NCBI GenBank assembly: GCA_964016885.1
Contig: OZ024740.1
Span: 25,420,001-25,484,000 of the forward strand
DNA: 64,000 nucleotides
Direction: 5' to 3'
Source: Eledone cirrhosa
Taxonomy: Eukaryota
Part shown: positions 42,418 to 56,400 of the stretch, one piece after another
How positions within the stretch are numbered: position 1 is the stretch's first letter
How the letters are laid out: each line of letters opens with the position of its first letter
The notes under the pieces: generated by a model
Seen by the model: only the letters and a program-made list of their open reading frames with translations
Database searches by the model: none
What the model was told of the DNA's origin: nothing
Made by a program: the position numbers and the translations under genes

Positions 42418-43133
42418 ATATATATATATATGTGTGTGTATATATATTTATATATATATATTTATATATGAACATATATATATGTGTAAGAAAAATGGCG
42501 AGCTGTGTTGTTGCATATAGGATATACGTATATAAAAATGATGGTATGTAGTGCGAAGAACTACCTATGATGGTTAGTGGACCACTGATGACGAATAGCC
42601 CTGGCTGCTATTTCTAATTCTTCATTTTTATATATATATGTGTATATATATATATATATATTTCAATATATATTTCAATATATATTTCAATTGATATATA
42701 TATATATATTATATATATTTCAATATAAATAAATATATTTTTATATATGTATATATATATATATACATACACACATATTTAGTATAGTGGTTTGATTGTA
42801 GTAAGTCTATGAGCCTCCTACAGACAAACGTACTCTAAATAAATCTCTCAGGGAGATTCAGTTTGACATATAATCAGCCTAGCTCTTTGAATTACAAATG
42901 AAATTCAATTCTGCTAGTTTAGTGTACTGGAGACTTGTGAAATGAAGTGTCTTGCTTAATAACAGAACCTTAAGCCGTAAATCGAACAAACGTCGCTAAA
43001 ATGAATCGTTGAATACCCTAACCACTAGGTCACTCTCACATATAAGTACATTCATTTGTGTGTGTGTATATATACATATATATTCATTTCTCTCCCATCT
43101 CTCTTTCTATATATTAGCGCACGTATATTTATG

Positions 43134-43179
<46 letters not shown>

Positions 43180-43241
43180 TCTATGATCTTCTAAGCAAAT
43201 ATATATAAATATATATATGTATATATATATAAGTATATATA

Positions 43242-43318
<77 letters not shown>

Positions 43319-43332
43319 TATATATAATATAC

Positions 43333-43387
<55 letters not shown>

Positions 43388-43389
43388 TA

Positions 43390-43625
43390 GTAATAATAAT
43401 AAATTTGAAGACTAAAATCCAAAGAGGGCTCGATAAGGATAAATATATATCAAATATATAACAACCGTATAGCAAATATTTATTAAAATAACATATTAAA
43501 GTTTAAGCAAAGAATCGCTGCTTTCACCCTTAACGGGATCTTCTGAAACTAACCAGTCTCAAAAGATCCCGTTAAGGGTGAAAGCAGCGATTCTTTGCTT
43601 AAACTTTAATCTGTTATTTTAATAT
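43390..43625. mobile_element. Fold-back element with a hammerhead-like motif (43501-43549, minus strand)
   Basis: Minus strand GTTT-CAGAAGA-T-CCC-GTTAA-GGG-T-GAAA-GCA-GCGATTCTT-TGC-TT-AAAC; arms 43480-43542 and 43562-43624. Confidence 0.7.
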
Positions 43626-43643
43626 ATATATACATATATATAT

Positions 43644-43688
<45 letters not shown>

Positions 43689-43699
43689 CATACAGTATA

Positions 43700-43737
<38 letters not shown>

Positions 43738-43768
43738 CAGTACATATATATATATATAAAATATATTT

Positions 43769-43799
<31 letters not shown>

Positions 43800-43806
43800 G
43801 TATATA

Positions 43807-43837
<31 letters not shown>

Positions 43838-43913
43838 ATACAAAAATATATATACCTATATATATATATATAAAATATATTCATACTTATATATATATAT
43901 ATACGTAAGAATG

Positions 43914-43979
<66 letters not shown>

Positions 43980-44681
43980 TGTGCATGTGTGAGTATTTCT
44001 GTCTGTGTGTTTCGTACACCAGCGTTCATCTTCAATATATTATCGTCTGCAAACTCACATATTTTGCAAAATGACACAAGCAAAATATATAAATGGAGAA
44101 ATATTTGCAAATAATAAAAAAAATTCTGTAAAAATGAAAAATTACCATGGACGATTTCTTATTGATAGCTAGAAATTATATGCAAATATGCATGCATTGT
44201 CATAACATAAAAACAATAGGATGCATACATAACTGCACCTTCGTATGCACACCTAATGTTAACATCCACTCATGGTGTACGTACACTCCTCTTTGCATAC
44301 TTTCTGCGACCGCTGCTGACATTATTTTCCACAACAAGGATCTCAGATGTATGTACGTATGTATGTATGTATGTATGTATGTATGTATGTATGTATGTAT
44401 GTCTGAATGTGTCTATGTATGTATGGATGGTTATATGTGTGTATCTATGTATGTATGTATGTATTTATGTATGTGTCTATGTATGTATGGATGGATATAT
44501 GTGCGTATGTATGTATTTATGTATGTATCTTTGTATGGATGTATTTATGTATGTGTCTATGTATGTATGGATGGATATATGTGTGTATCTTTGTATGTAT
44601 TTATGTGTGTATGTATGTCTGTATGTATGCCGTACGAACTTAAGCATGCACCCATATGTAATATATATATATATATATATA

Positions 44682-44716
<35 letters not shown>

Positions 44717-44981
44717 ATATATTTTTATGTCTATATTTCCAAATATATAGACATATGTATATATATTTAACATATATATATATATATACTTATATTTATA
44801 TACATATACATCTATTATATTATATATGATATATGCATACATATAGTATATATAAACAGGTATAAATATTTGTGCATATATATATAATATAAATATATAT
44901 ATATATACCTACGCATATATATATATACATATATACATATATATATATTTATATATATGAATATACACATACATATTATAG

Positions 44982-45023
<42 letters not shown>

Positions 45024-45029
45024 ATATAT

Positions 45030-45075
<46 letters not shown>

Positions 45076-45353
45076 ATGTGTGTGCATAAATATATACGTA
45101 CATATTCAAATATATACATACGTAGATAGATTGATCAATATATGCATATTTTCATACACATATATACACATAAACGCATGTGTGATAATATCTCTATATA
45201 TATATCAATGTATGATTGTATATATATATCGTATGTATATAATGTATGTATACATATATATTGTGTACGCGTCAATGTTGAGAAATGCGCCGGTTTCCTG
45301 AAATATGTGTATGCGGGCGTATATCCTAAATGAGACAGAGATTGGCAAGCTGC

Positions 45354-45436
<83 letters not shown>

Positions 45437-45513
45437 TATGGATAAATGCATATATACTATATACAATTATATATATTTTTATATACATAAAAAACACACA
45501 TATACACACACAC

Positions 45514-45577
<64 letters not shown>

Positions 45578-45578
45578 G

Positions 45579-45674
<96 letters not shown>

Positions 45675-45887
45675 TATATACATATATATGTATATACATA
45701 TTATATATTTATATATATATACATACGCGCGCGTGTGTGTGTATGTGTATATATATATATATATATATACATACAAGTGTATGAGAGAGAAAGATAGAGT
45801 GAGAGAGAGAGATTTTGCTTCCAATCATATATCAAATTCCTATACACAAAATATATCAAACAAATGTGTGTGTATAAATATATATAC

Positions 45888-45957
<70 letters not shown>

Positions 45958-45982
45958 CTGTATATATATATATATATATATA

Positions 45983-46150
45983 TAACGAAGGAAATGTGGT
46001 AAGGAACCAGGTGGACCATAACGCACCAAAGTACTCAATACTTGAGGTAGTAGAGTGGGTAATAGGAACCAGTAAGACCCCGACCAGTAAGTCCAGAATT
46101 AGCCGTCGAAACGGCTTGAGCTCAGCTGTCGGGGTCTTACTGGTTCCTAT
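45983..46150 (-). mobile_element. Family A fold-back copy
   Basis: TAACGAAGGAAATG...GACCCCGAC, then inverted GTCCAGAATTAGCCGTCGAAAC...GGTTCCTAT followed by (AT)n. Confidence 0.82.
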
Positions 46151-46285
46151 ATATATATATATATATATATCAGAGTATATATGTATTTGGAAATCTATAT
46201 CTTTTACGCACACTTAATTTTCGATAGTACCAGACCCATCATTGAGTTGTAGTATTATTACTTGTAGATTATATGCATGTATATT

Positions 46286-46326
<41 letters not shown>

Positions 46327-46473
46327 ATATATACAAGTGTGTATACCTAAGTAAATATATATTGTGTCTTCCATTAACTATCAATATATATATCTAACTA
46401 TCTATATATCTATTCGTCTGTCTCTCTGTCCATTTGTCTATCTATCTATGTATCGATCCTATTTCTCTCTCTC

Positions 46474-46510
<37 letters not shown>

Positions 46511-46539
46511 TGTATATATATATATATATATATATACTG

Positions 46540-46589
<50 letters not shown>

Positions 46590-46622
46590 AATATATTGTG
46601 TATGTCTATATATATATATATA

Positions 46623-46662
<40 letters not shown>

Positions 46663-46955
46663 TACATATATATGTCTGTCTGCATGACAGTCTGTCTATG
46701 TATCTATCTGTCTCTCTCTCTCGAAGTATATATATCTGTCTATATATGTTATATTCTACATTTCACTCTATAAAATCATTTATGTAATTCTGGCCCTATC
46801 TTACACGCATTCGATCTGGTTTTATCTATCGATATCATTTTTAAACAACCTATATTTATCAAAGTTCTCCCTCTCTACCTTATCAGCCACATTCCACATT
46901 CTCTAACATTTGAACTGTTCATATATATATACCGGTATATATGTCCGTCTGTGTA

Positions 46956-47118
<163 letters not shown>

Positions 47119-47135
47119 ATTCATTACACTTAATA

Positions 47136-47227
<92 letters not shown>

Positions 47228-47294
47228 TATAAAATATGTCCATAGAGTCATTTGGTCAGATATATATATATATATCTTATCAAATGATTCTATG

Positions 47295-47346
<52 letters not shown>

Positions 47347-47811
47347 TCCATCACTCTCTCAAATATATATATATATACATAAGCGCCTTGTATATCCCAG
47401 CGTTTGTATGTCATTCTTTATTGATCCATTATTAAGTCAATATATCGATGTAAGCTTTATAAATGTTTATATATTTGATTATGTTGTATATATCGTACAC
47501 TAAAGCCAATAAAAACTGCACATGCCTTCATACATGCATAAGCATTTACGTACTGGCATACCGACATACCTGCCTATATACATGTATACAGGAACACTTA
47601 CATACATATACACATATAATATGTATATATGCATATACAAATACACATGTCTATATTCAACTTCACACCCTAATGTATAATGTGTTTATATATATATATA
47701 TATATATATATACAATATACCTTTTTTTCCTTCCACTTAGATCCCCCTCCCCTTTTAATGCCTTTCCACCACTCCCCTTCACACCCTCAGAACTCTTGTC
47801 CTTCCCATTTT

Positions 47812-47842
47812 TCTCCTGATGAAGGGCTTATGCCCGAAACTT
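47812..47842 (+). ncRNA. Broken hammerhead remnant
   Basis: CTGATGA-A-GGGC-TTAT-GCCC-GAAAC followed by poly-C; stem III and the cleavage site are missing. Confidence 0.5.
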
Positions 47843-48239
47843 CCCCCCCCCCCCCCCCAACATTCTCACGAGTTAATTTAATACTCACACTGTCTGTACT
47901 GCACTCTTCCTTATAGTTTTTGTTATATATATATACACTTGTATATATATATATAGAGAGAGATATATATACCAGTATGTGTATATATATATACACATGT
48001 GTATATATGTATATATATATATATATATACGCGCGCGAGTGTGGATGTGTGTATGTGTGTGTGCGTGCGTGTTTGCGTCTATTTCAGGGTTGAAACAGGG
48101 TCCTGTTACCTTGCAAGTTAATGTATGTTCTCTAATTGGCTACATTGTATACAACCATGTATGCATATATATATATGTGTAAATAAAAGAGAGGGCGATT
48201 GAGAGAGAGAGAGAGAGATAGATGGATATCTCTCTCTCC

Positions 48240-48306
<67 letters not shown>

Positions 48307-48496
48307 TATATATACTTATATATATATTTATATATATATATATAGTTATTTATATAGTTATATATACACAGCTCGTCTGGATTCGTGAAACCTTTGGTAA
48401 ATGAAATAATTTTCTTATGTTATTTATTACATAACTAAAAAGCTCTGTAGCCTACATAGAGCACTCTCATTTCTTTTACATTTCCTACGGAAATAC

Positions 48497-48562
<66 letters not shown>

Positions 48563-48684
48563 CCTGAGTTGTATCGAGGCGAAACTCCATTTTAAAAAGA
48601 AGATAGTCCTGTATAGGCCGCTCCATTACATATATAAATAAATTCTGCAGAACTTAGAAGTTTTCATTCGAATGAAATCTTTAG

Positions 48685-48723
<39 letters not shown>

Positions 48724-48785
48724 GAGAGCGAGAGAGAAAGGGGGGTAGAGAGAGAGTGAGAGAGAGAGAGAGAGAGATAGAAAAC

Positions 48786-48879
<94 letters not shown>

Positions 48880-49399
48880 GGATAATGTAATTGATGGTGC
48901 CTAATGTAAACCCTAATTTAAATGGAACTATAATAAGATACGTCTTTTTATTCCATTCCATCTGACTATGTTTATCCGCAGCTAAATAAATCATTTACAC
49001 TTGAAATGATTTTTCACCAAATAGCAATTGATAATATTACCAACTGACGAAAATGCAAACAGCCACCTACAAGATACAGAACAGTGTGTCTCTCCTATGC
49101 ACTACCAAGAAACCCTTTTATTTAAATTATTTCTCACTCAGGCAACCATACATACCAAAGCAACATCTTCCTCCCATTTTTCTTTTTTACGTGTTACGAG
49201 AATTACAATCGTATGAAAGATTATTTCTACTCAAAGAAGAATAATTATCCAGGAATAACCTGTTACGGGGCTATTGATTTCAAAAAATATCTTTTAAAAA
49301 AAGTCTTAGAGATAAAATAAAAAAATAAAATAAATAAATAAACAAATAAGCAAAGCATTTGGTCAAACAATTCCTTAGGGAATTAATTTCCAAACATCA

Positions 49400-49670
49400 T
49401 GTCAGCCAATCGTATTGGTGGCCTCCCCACAGCCCCGGCGGACAGAATAGAGAAGGCGTTTCACCGGAGGACGGCAAGGGAGACGCGCTGGAAAAGCCAC
49501 GCCAGCTCGCGGGGCTCACACTTGCGGCTGGCCAGCTCAGCGCCTATTATGGTGAGTAGGGAGGTAGCCTTAGGGCCGAGGACACCAGAAGTCTCTAACT
49601 GTACTAGAATTTCTGATCTAAACCGACGGAGCCCAGTAATATACTGGTAGACTGTCAACCTTCTTAAACA
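49400..49670 (-). mobile_element. CRE-like non-LTR retrotransposon, C-terminus of the restriction-like endonuclease region
   Basis: LETSGVLGPKATSLLTIIGAELASRKCEPRELAWLFQRVSLAVLR*NAFSIL fits the recalled ET.G..G...FQR.S.A..RGNA motif. Confidence 0.75.
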
Positions 49671-51419
49671 CCCTTTTCTACTACTTGGCCTAGTGTCTGA
49701 CGGAATCCTTGCACACGTTAACTTTAACAAATATATGTTCCAATACTTTGTGACAGAGAAATCATCACTCTCATATGCACACCTTAGAATATTCTAGAAT
49801 ATTTTATTCGTATCTTTAACGTACACCACCCCCTCCATAGAGCACAACATTCAGAGCACGACACCAGAGTGCTTCATTATTCACAGACCTTGCAAAATAA
49901 ATACATAATGGGCAACTGATCCCTACAACTGTGAGTCTCTCATAGACGTCAGGAAGTCCTTCAACATAATTTATCACCCAAAAAATCTCATACAGAAATT
50001 ATACATCTAAAACTACTTACGAATCACCGGTTAGTAAGCTAATTAACAGGAAGGTAAACCTATGTAGTGTAATTTCAAGGATAGATCTCACCCACTAAAA
50101 TTAACCTAAATCTAAATGTCGTTTCCATACAAAAGGTGCAGGAATTCTCACAGGCGAATGATTACTCACCCACAGCTACCGACATCGTCCTCTACAATAA
50201 AAGACGCAACATATGGCCTAGGAACCCCGTCATCCTCTTCTTACAATCAATATCAGTCAACATCTAATACAGCCAACGATCACATTCAGCAACATAAACA
50301 AACCCACACACACCACACAGAATTCAAGTGAAATGGAAATCGTAATAGAACTCTCTAATTCCAGTTGCAGGGTATTTACTGAATCAGCTTCAATTCAGCA
50401 GAAAAGATCTAATGATCTTCTGGGAAATTATTAAAGGAATTCTGTTAGGTAATCGTGAAAGAGATGAAAGGTTATGGATGACAGGGAAAATCGAGGCAGA
50501 GTTGCCAGAAGTATGAAAGATGTCTGTAAGGATCTAAATGTGAAAGTGTATTGTTAGCAGTGATGAAATATTATACAGGCAATAGGGATCAGGGAACAAC
50601 AATGACAGAGAAGCAAACGATGAAGTGATCAACGTCGTTGTATAGATGAAATGCTGATGATTAAGGAAATAGAATGCCAGAGAGACAGCCTGAAATGAAG
50701 ATGGGACGAAATCCAGTTGTATTTAAGGAGATGCTGTAACAGATATAATCTGAAAAAGAATTAAATTCTAGGGAATATAATGATAAAATTCCAGAATGTT
50801 ATGTTTTGAAAAGCTGAGATAAAGAGAAAAATGTTATGGAGAGTTAATCTATAAATTTGATTTCAGGAAACCTTCCTTCATCTTTAATACAGAGAGCGAA
50901 ACGACAGAGAGAAAAGCAAGAAAGATGTAATTAAGATGGATTGAACTGACATTAGACTTGTGAAGGTTATGCAAATAGAAAAGAGAAGCAGTTCATCATT
51001 TGCTATCTGGATAGTGAACACTGGTTTGGGAATGAGTGGATTTTCAAGAAGAAAAAAAGAGGGATAATAATATGCATTGATAATGGGAGCATTAATGTGA
51101 GCAAAGCAAGATGGATTGGTTAGAAAAGGTTTCAATGTGGTATAAGGCCAAATTGTAGCGATAATTTATTTTTTTGGAAAAAAAAAGGATAAAAGAACTG
51201 TATTAAGATTTGAAATGACGTCATTTCTTAAATGCTAAATGTAATTTTAGAAAATTACTTGAAGCATTAGATATGGGTTATTGATAAGACTTGTCTATGA
51301 GCGAACACAATAACTCAGGAACAGCAAATATATATTGAATATGGACCATCAATTAAACTTATAAAATATGAGAAAAGAAGAGAAGATACAATGTAAAGGT
51401 TATAGCGACTAGAATTATT

Positions 51420-51880
51420 TAGATGTGCGAGCAATGTTCGGCCGGGGGTTCTTCGAAAGGGCTATGGAGTAACTCGACAAAGTGCGTTATTCTGAGATCA
51501 GAGTGGCACTCCAAGTAGAGCCGCTATTTCTCCAAATTGAGAGATCACAGTGCCGATAATATGGACAATGTCGTTAGATTGTCCCAGGAAATAATCGCTG
51601 GACAGATTTTACAGGCAAAACCAACCAGCTAGGGACCCAGGGGTAGACCCCTCAACCAGACGCTTGCATATCATCCATGCGCTTGATTGGTCTCTCTTGG
51701 AGATTCAACCGGATCAGTTGGAAACCGTTGCTTATGACATGACCTTCTGGATGGCGTGATTGAGGACACTGCCTCCATGACAATCTCTGGAATAAGTGGG
51801 CGATGAAGAAGAAGAAGAAGAAGAAGAAGAAGAAGAAGAAGAAGAAGAAGAAGAAGAAGAAGAAGAAGAAGAAGAAGAAG
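51420..51880 (+). mobile_element. RTE-like LINE 3' end with a (GAA)n tail
   Basis: KVRYSEIRVALQVEPLFLQIERSQ...GQILQAKP...PRGRP, then about 25 GAA units at 51805-51880. Confidence 0.7.
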
Positions 51881-52129
51881 AGAGAAGCGCTAGTCAGCAT
51901 AACTCGTCGATGTTGCTAGGCAATTCTTTAATAACTGCCCACTTAGGTAAGTGTCGATGGATTCTAGTCTGCTCATGTTTTAAACTCGATATCACAAACA
52001 CATTTAAATGTATGCGTGTCCTGACCACGTAACTTGAACTTTGCCTCCGTCCGTCCACCCGTTGCTCTACTTATCATAATTGACTTCGACTATATTCCTT
52101 GCTAATTATTATATTTATTTAATTCTCTA

Positions 52130-52990
52130 CTGGCATCCAAAAGGGTAACCGATTAGGGCCACTCCTCTTCGTACCCTGTTTAGACAAGTTTACATGACAT
52201 CACGACACCATTTTCAGTATAGTACCTGGATGACACACCTATATGAAGGCCTGTAGGTACTTTCTATGATAATATCCAGTAGTCCCTAACGTGGAGTGGT
52301 CGGCCTGGATATCAACTAGTAAAAATCAAAGTTGGTAAATATTAATTTAGTAGACCTTCACTACGAACGTGGAATTAATATTCCTCTAAATGTAGGTGAC
52401 CCAGAACGAAGTTGTTCTTATACATTTTTCACCGATCATCTAGGCTGTCATAAGATCGACATTCATGTCCTCACCTTGTCAGCTGAAAATCTTCTGACCA
52501 GACTGCATCTGATTGACGGGGGTCAGACATTCTGCTTGATGAAGTAATGCTTCGCCTTGCCAGATATTCTGCATACCTTTCTCAGTGCAACTAGATTTGT
52601 AGTCATGCATCATGTCTCATATGACTCAATGTCTACATCCATCTTAGTGTGATGAGATATGCACGGTCTGGTGCGATGGTAGCAGATGGCTCTGTGGTGA
52701 GATATGCAGGGTCTTGTGCGATGACATCACATGGCTCAAACAAACCTACCTGTTGAATACGAAAGTCTTTTCTTCAGACTTCAGCTGCATTGCCATTTCC
52801 AGCTTTTATTTATTGTTGACCACCTGTTAAATCAGAAACCACTTTTCCATAGGTTTATCATTGTTCCTTATACCGAGGTAAATATCTGTTGCTCTGGATC
52901 CATGAACCAGTGCCATACTAATTTCTATCGAGACGAAGGTGGCTCGCTTCAAAGATGAGCCAGGTGAGTTAAATGGGTTCTGCAGGTCAC
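52130..52990 (+). mobile_element. Highly decayed CRE-like reverse transcriptase fragment
   Basis: TGIQKGNRLGPLLF (compare GVQQGDPLGPLLF), YLDD about 75 nt later, CFALP and AQTNLPV remnants. Confidence 0.6.
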
Positions 52991-53218
52991 TAGTTATCGA
53001 TCTACAACTATGTACGATGGAAGAATCAAACCACTCGTAGCTGAGACAATCCACTTACTGATTGTAGATACTTCTATTTTCAGATATAGATACTTCTATA
53101 CTTGTGCTGACTAGGCCAATATTTCTATTGGTTATTTACGTCTATACAGCACAGAATGAAACATAATTAACTCGGTGATGTCTAAAAAGATTTCATGTCA
53201 AAAAAGATAAAATGACAA

Positions 53219-53470
53219 GTCGGTAAATCATATTGCTGGACTTCCCACAGCCCCGGCAGAAAGAATGTAGAAGGCGTATCCCCGGTGGGCGGCAAGGGAA
53301 ACGCGTTGGAAAAGCCATCCAGCTCGCGAGGCTAAAACCTTCGGCTGTTGGACAGCTCAGCGCCTATGGTGGTGACTAGGGAGGTAGCCATAGAGCCGAG
53401 AAAACCAGAAGTCTCTACTGCCAAGGGAACAAACGAAAACCTGTCGGAGAGCGTCCGGTATTTGAAGAGA
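53219..53470 (-). mobile_element. Second CRE-like C-terminal fragment, homologous to 49400-49600
   Basis: KYRTLSDRFSFVPLAVETSGFLGSMATSLVTTIGAELS / WLFQRVSLAAHRGYAFYIL; colinear nucleotide similarity. Confidence 0.78.
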
Positions 53471-56400
53471 TAATAGATACTTATATTATCAATGTAGCTG
53501 TAGATACATTTATTGTAGTTGTAGTTGTAGTTACTTCTATTGTAGTTGTAGATACTTCTATTGTAGTTGTAGTTACTTCTATTGTAGTTGTAGATACTTC
53601 TATTGTAGTTGTAGTTACTTATATTGTAGTTTTAGTTACTTCTATTGTAGTTGTAGATACTTCTATTGTAGTTGTAGATATTTCTGTTGTAGTTACTTCT
53701 ATTGTAGGTGTAGTTACTTCTATTGTAGTTGTAGCTACTTCTATTGTAGTTGTAGCTACTTCTATTGTAGTTGTAGTTACTTCAATTGTAGTTGTAGTTA
53801 CTTCTATTGTAGTTGTAGTTACTTCTATTGTAGTTGTAGTTACTTCTATTGTAGTTGTAGATACTTCTATTGTAGTTGTAGTTACTTCTATTGTAGTTGT
53901 AGATACTTCTATTGTAGTTGTAGATACTTCTATTGTAGTTGTAGTTACTTCTATTGTAGTTGTAGTTACTTATATTGTAGTTGTAGTTACTCTATTGTAG
54001 TTGTAGTTACTTCTATTGTAGATGTAGATACTTCTATTGTAGTTGTAGTTACTTCTATTGTAGTTGTAGTTACTTCTATTGTAGTTGTAGATACTTCTAT
54101 TGTAGTTGTAGGTACTTCTATTGTAGTTGTAGTTACTTCTATTGTAGTTGTAGTTACTTCTATTGTAGTTGTAGTTACTTCTATTGTAGTTGTAGTTACT
54201 TCTATTGTAGTTGTAGTTACTTCTATTGTAGTTGTAGTTACTTGTATTGTAGTTGTAGTTACTTCTATTGTACTTGTAGGTACTTCTATTGTAGTTGTAG
54301 TTACTTCTATTGTAGTTGTAGTTATTTTATTGTAGTTGTAGTTACTTCTATTGTAGTTGAAGTTACTTTATTGTAGTTGTAGTTACTTCTATTGTAGTTG
54401 TAGATACTTCTATTGTAGTTGTAGTTACTTCTATTGTAGTTGTATTACTTCTATTGTAGTTGTAGATACTTCTATTGTAGTTGTAGTTACTTCTATTGTA
54501 GTTGTAGTTACTTCTATTGTAGTTGTAGTTACTTCTATTGTAGTTGTAGTTACTTCTATTGTAGTTGTAGTTACTTTATTGTAGTTGTAGTTACTTCTAT
54601 TGTAGTTGTAGTTACTTCTATTGTAGTTGTAGATACTTCTATTGTAGTTCTAGTTACTTTATTGTAGTTGTAGTTACTTCTATTGTAGTTGTAGATACTT
54701 CTATTGTAGTTGTAGTTACTTCTATTGTAGTTGTAGTTACTTCTATTGTAGTTGTAGTTACTTTATTGTAGTTGTAGTTACTTGTATTGTAGTTGTAGAT
54801 ACTTCTATTGTAGATGTAGATACTTCTATTGTAGTTGTAGTTACTTCTATTGTAGTTGTAGTTACTTCTATTGTAGTTGTAGTTACTTCTATTGTAGTTG
54901 TAGTTACTTCTATTGTAGTTGTAGTTACTTCTATTGTAGTTGTAGTTACTTCTATTGTAGTTGTAGTTACTTCTATTGTAGTTGTAGTTACTTTATTGTA
55001 GTTGTAGTTACTTCTATTGTAGTTGTAGATACTTCTATTGTAGTTGTAGGTACTTCTATTGTAGTTGTAGTTACTTCTATTGTAGTTGTAGTTACTTCTA
55101 TTGTAGTTGTAGTTACTTCTATTGTAGTTGTAGTTACTTTATTGTAGTTGGAGTTACTTGTATTGTAGTTGTAGTTACTTCTATTGTAGTTGTAGTTACT
55201 TCTATTGTAGTTGTAGTTATTTCTATTGTAGTTGTAGTTACTTTATTGTAGTTGTAGTTACTTCTCTTGTAGTTGTAGTTACTTCTATTGTAGTTGTAGT
55301 TACTTCTCTTTTAGTTGTAGATACTTCTGTTGTAGATACATCTATTGTAGTTGTAGGTACTTCTATTGTAGTTGTAGTTACTTCTATTGTAGTTGTAGTT
55401 ACTTCTATTGTAGTTGTAGTTACTTCTATTGTAGCTGTAGTTACTTCTATTGTAGTTGTAGTTATTTCTATTGTAGTTGTAGTTACTTTATTGTAGTTGT
55501 AGTTACTTCTCTTGTAGTTGTAGTTACTTCTATTGTAGTTGTAGTTACTTCTCTTTTAGTTGTAGATACTTCTGTTGTAGATACATCTATTGTAGTTGTA
55601 GGTACTTCTATTGTAGTTGTAGTTACTTCTATTGTAGTTGTAGTTACTTATATTGTAGTTGTAGTTACTTCTATTGTAGCTGTAGTTACTTCTATTGTAG
55701 TTGTAGTTCTTTCTATTGTAGTTGTAGTTACTTTATTGTAGTTGTAGTTACTTCTCTTGTAGTTGTAGTTACTTCTGTTGTAGTTGTAGTTACTTCTCTT
55801 TTAGTTGTAGATACTTCTGTTCTAGATACATCTATTGTAGTTGTAGGTACTTCTATTGTAGTTGTAGTTACTTCTATTGTAGTTGTAGTTACTTTATTGT
55901 AGTTGTAGTTACTTGTATTGTAGTTGTAGTTACTTCTATTGTAGTTGTAGTTACTACTATTGTAGTTGTAGTTACTTCTATTGTAGTTGTAGTTTGTTCT
56001 ATTGTAGTTGTAGTTACTTCTATCGTAGGTGTAGTTACTTCTATTGTAGTTGTAGTTACTTCTATTGTAGTTGTAGATACTTCTATTGTAGTTGTAGTTA
56101 CTTCTATTGTAGTTGTAGATACTTCTATTGTAGTTGTAGATACTTCTATTGTAGATGTAGATACTTCTATTATAGTTGTAGTTACTTCTATTGTAGTTGT
56201 AGATACTTCTATTGCAATTGTAGTTACTTCTATTGTAGTTGTAGTTACTTCTATTGTAGTTGTAGATACTTCTATTGTAGTTCTAGTTACTTCTATTGTA
56301 GTTGTAGTTACTTCTATTGTAGTTGTAGTTACTTCTATTGTAGTTGTAGTTACTTCTATTGTAGTTGTAGTTACTTCTATTGTAGTTGTAGTTACTTTAT

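Noticed and set aside
42586-42615. CTGATGA followed by a hairpin (GAATAGC/GCTATTT)
   Set aside because: No GAAA, stem III or cleavage triplet follows; at most a truncated remnant.
50330-51400. Purine-rich stretch upstream of the RTE-like 3' end
   Set aside because: Plausibly decayed LINE body, but no RT motif could be read with confidence.
51796-52032. Poly-Glu ORF
   Set aside because: It is the (GAA)n tail of the RTE-like fragment.
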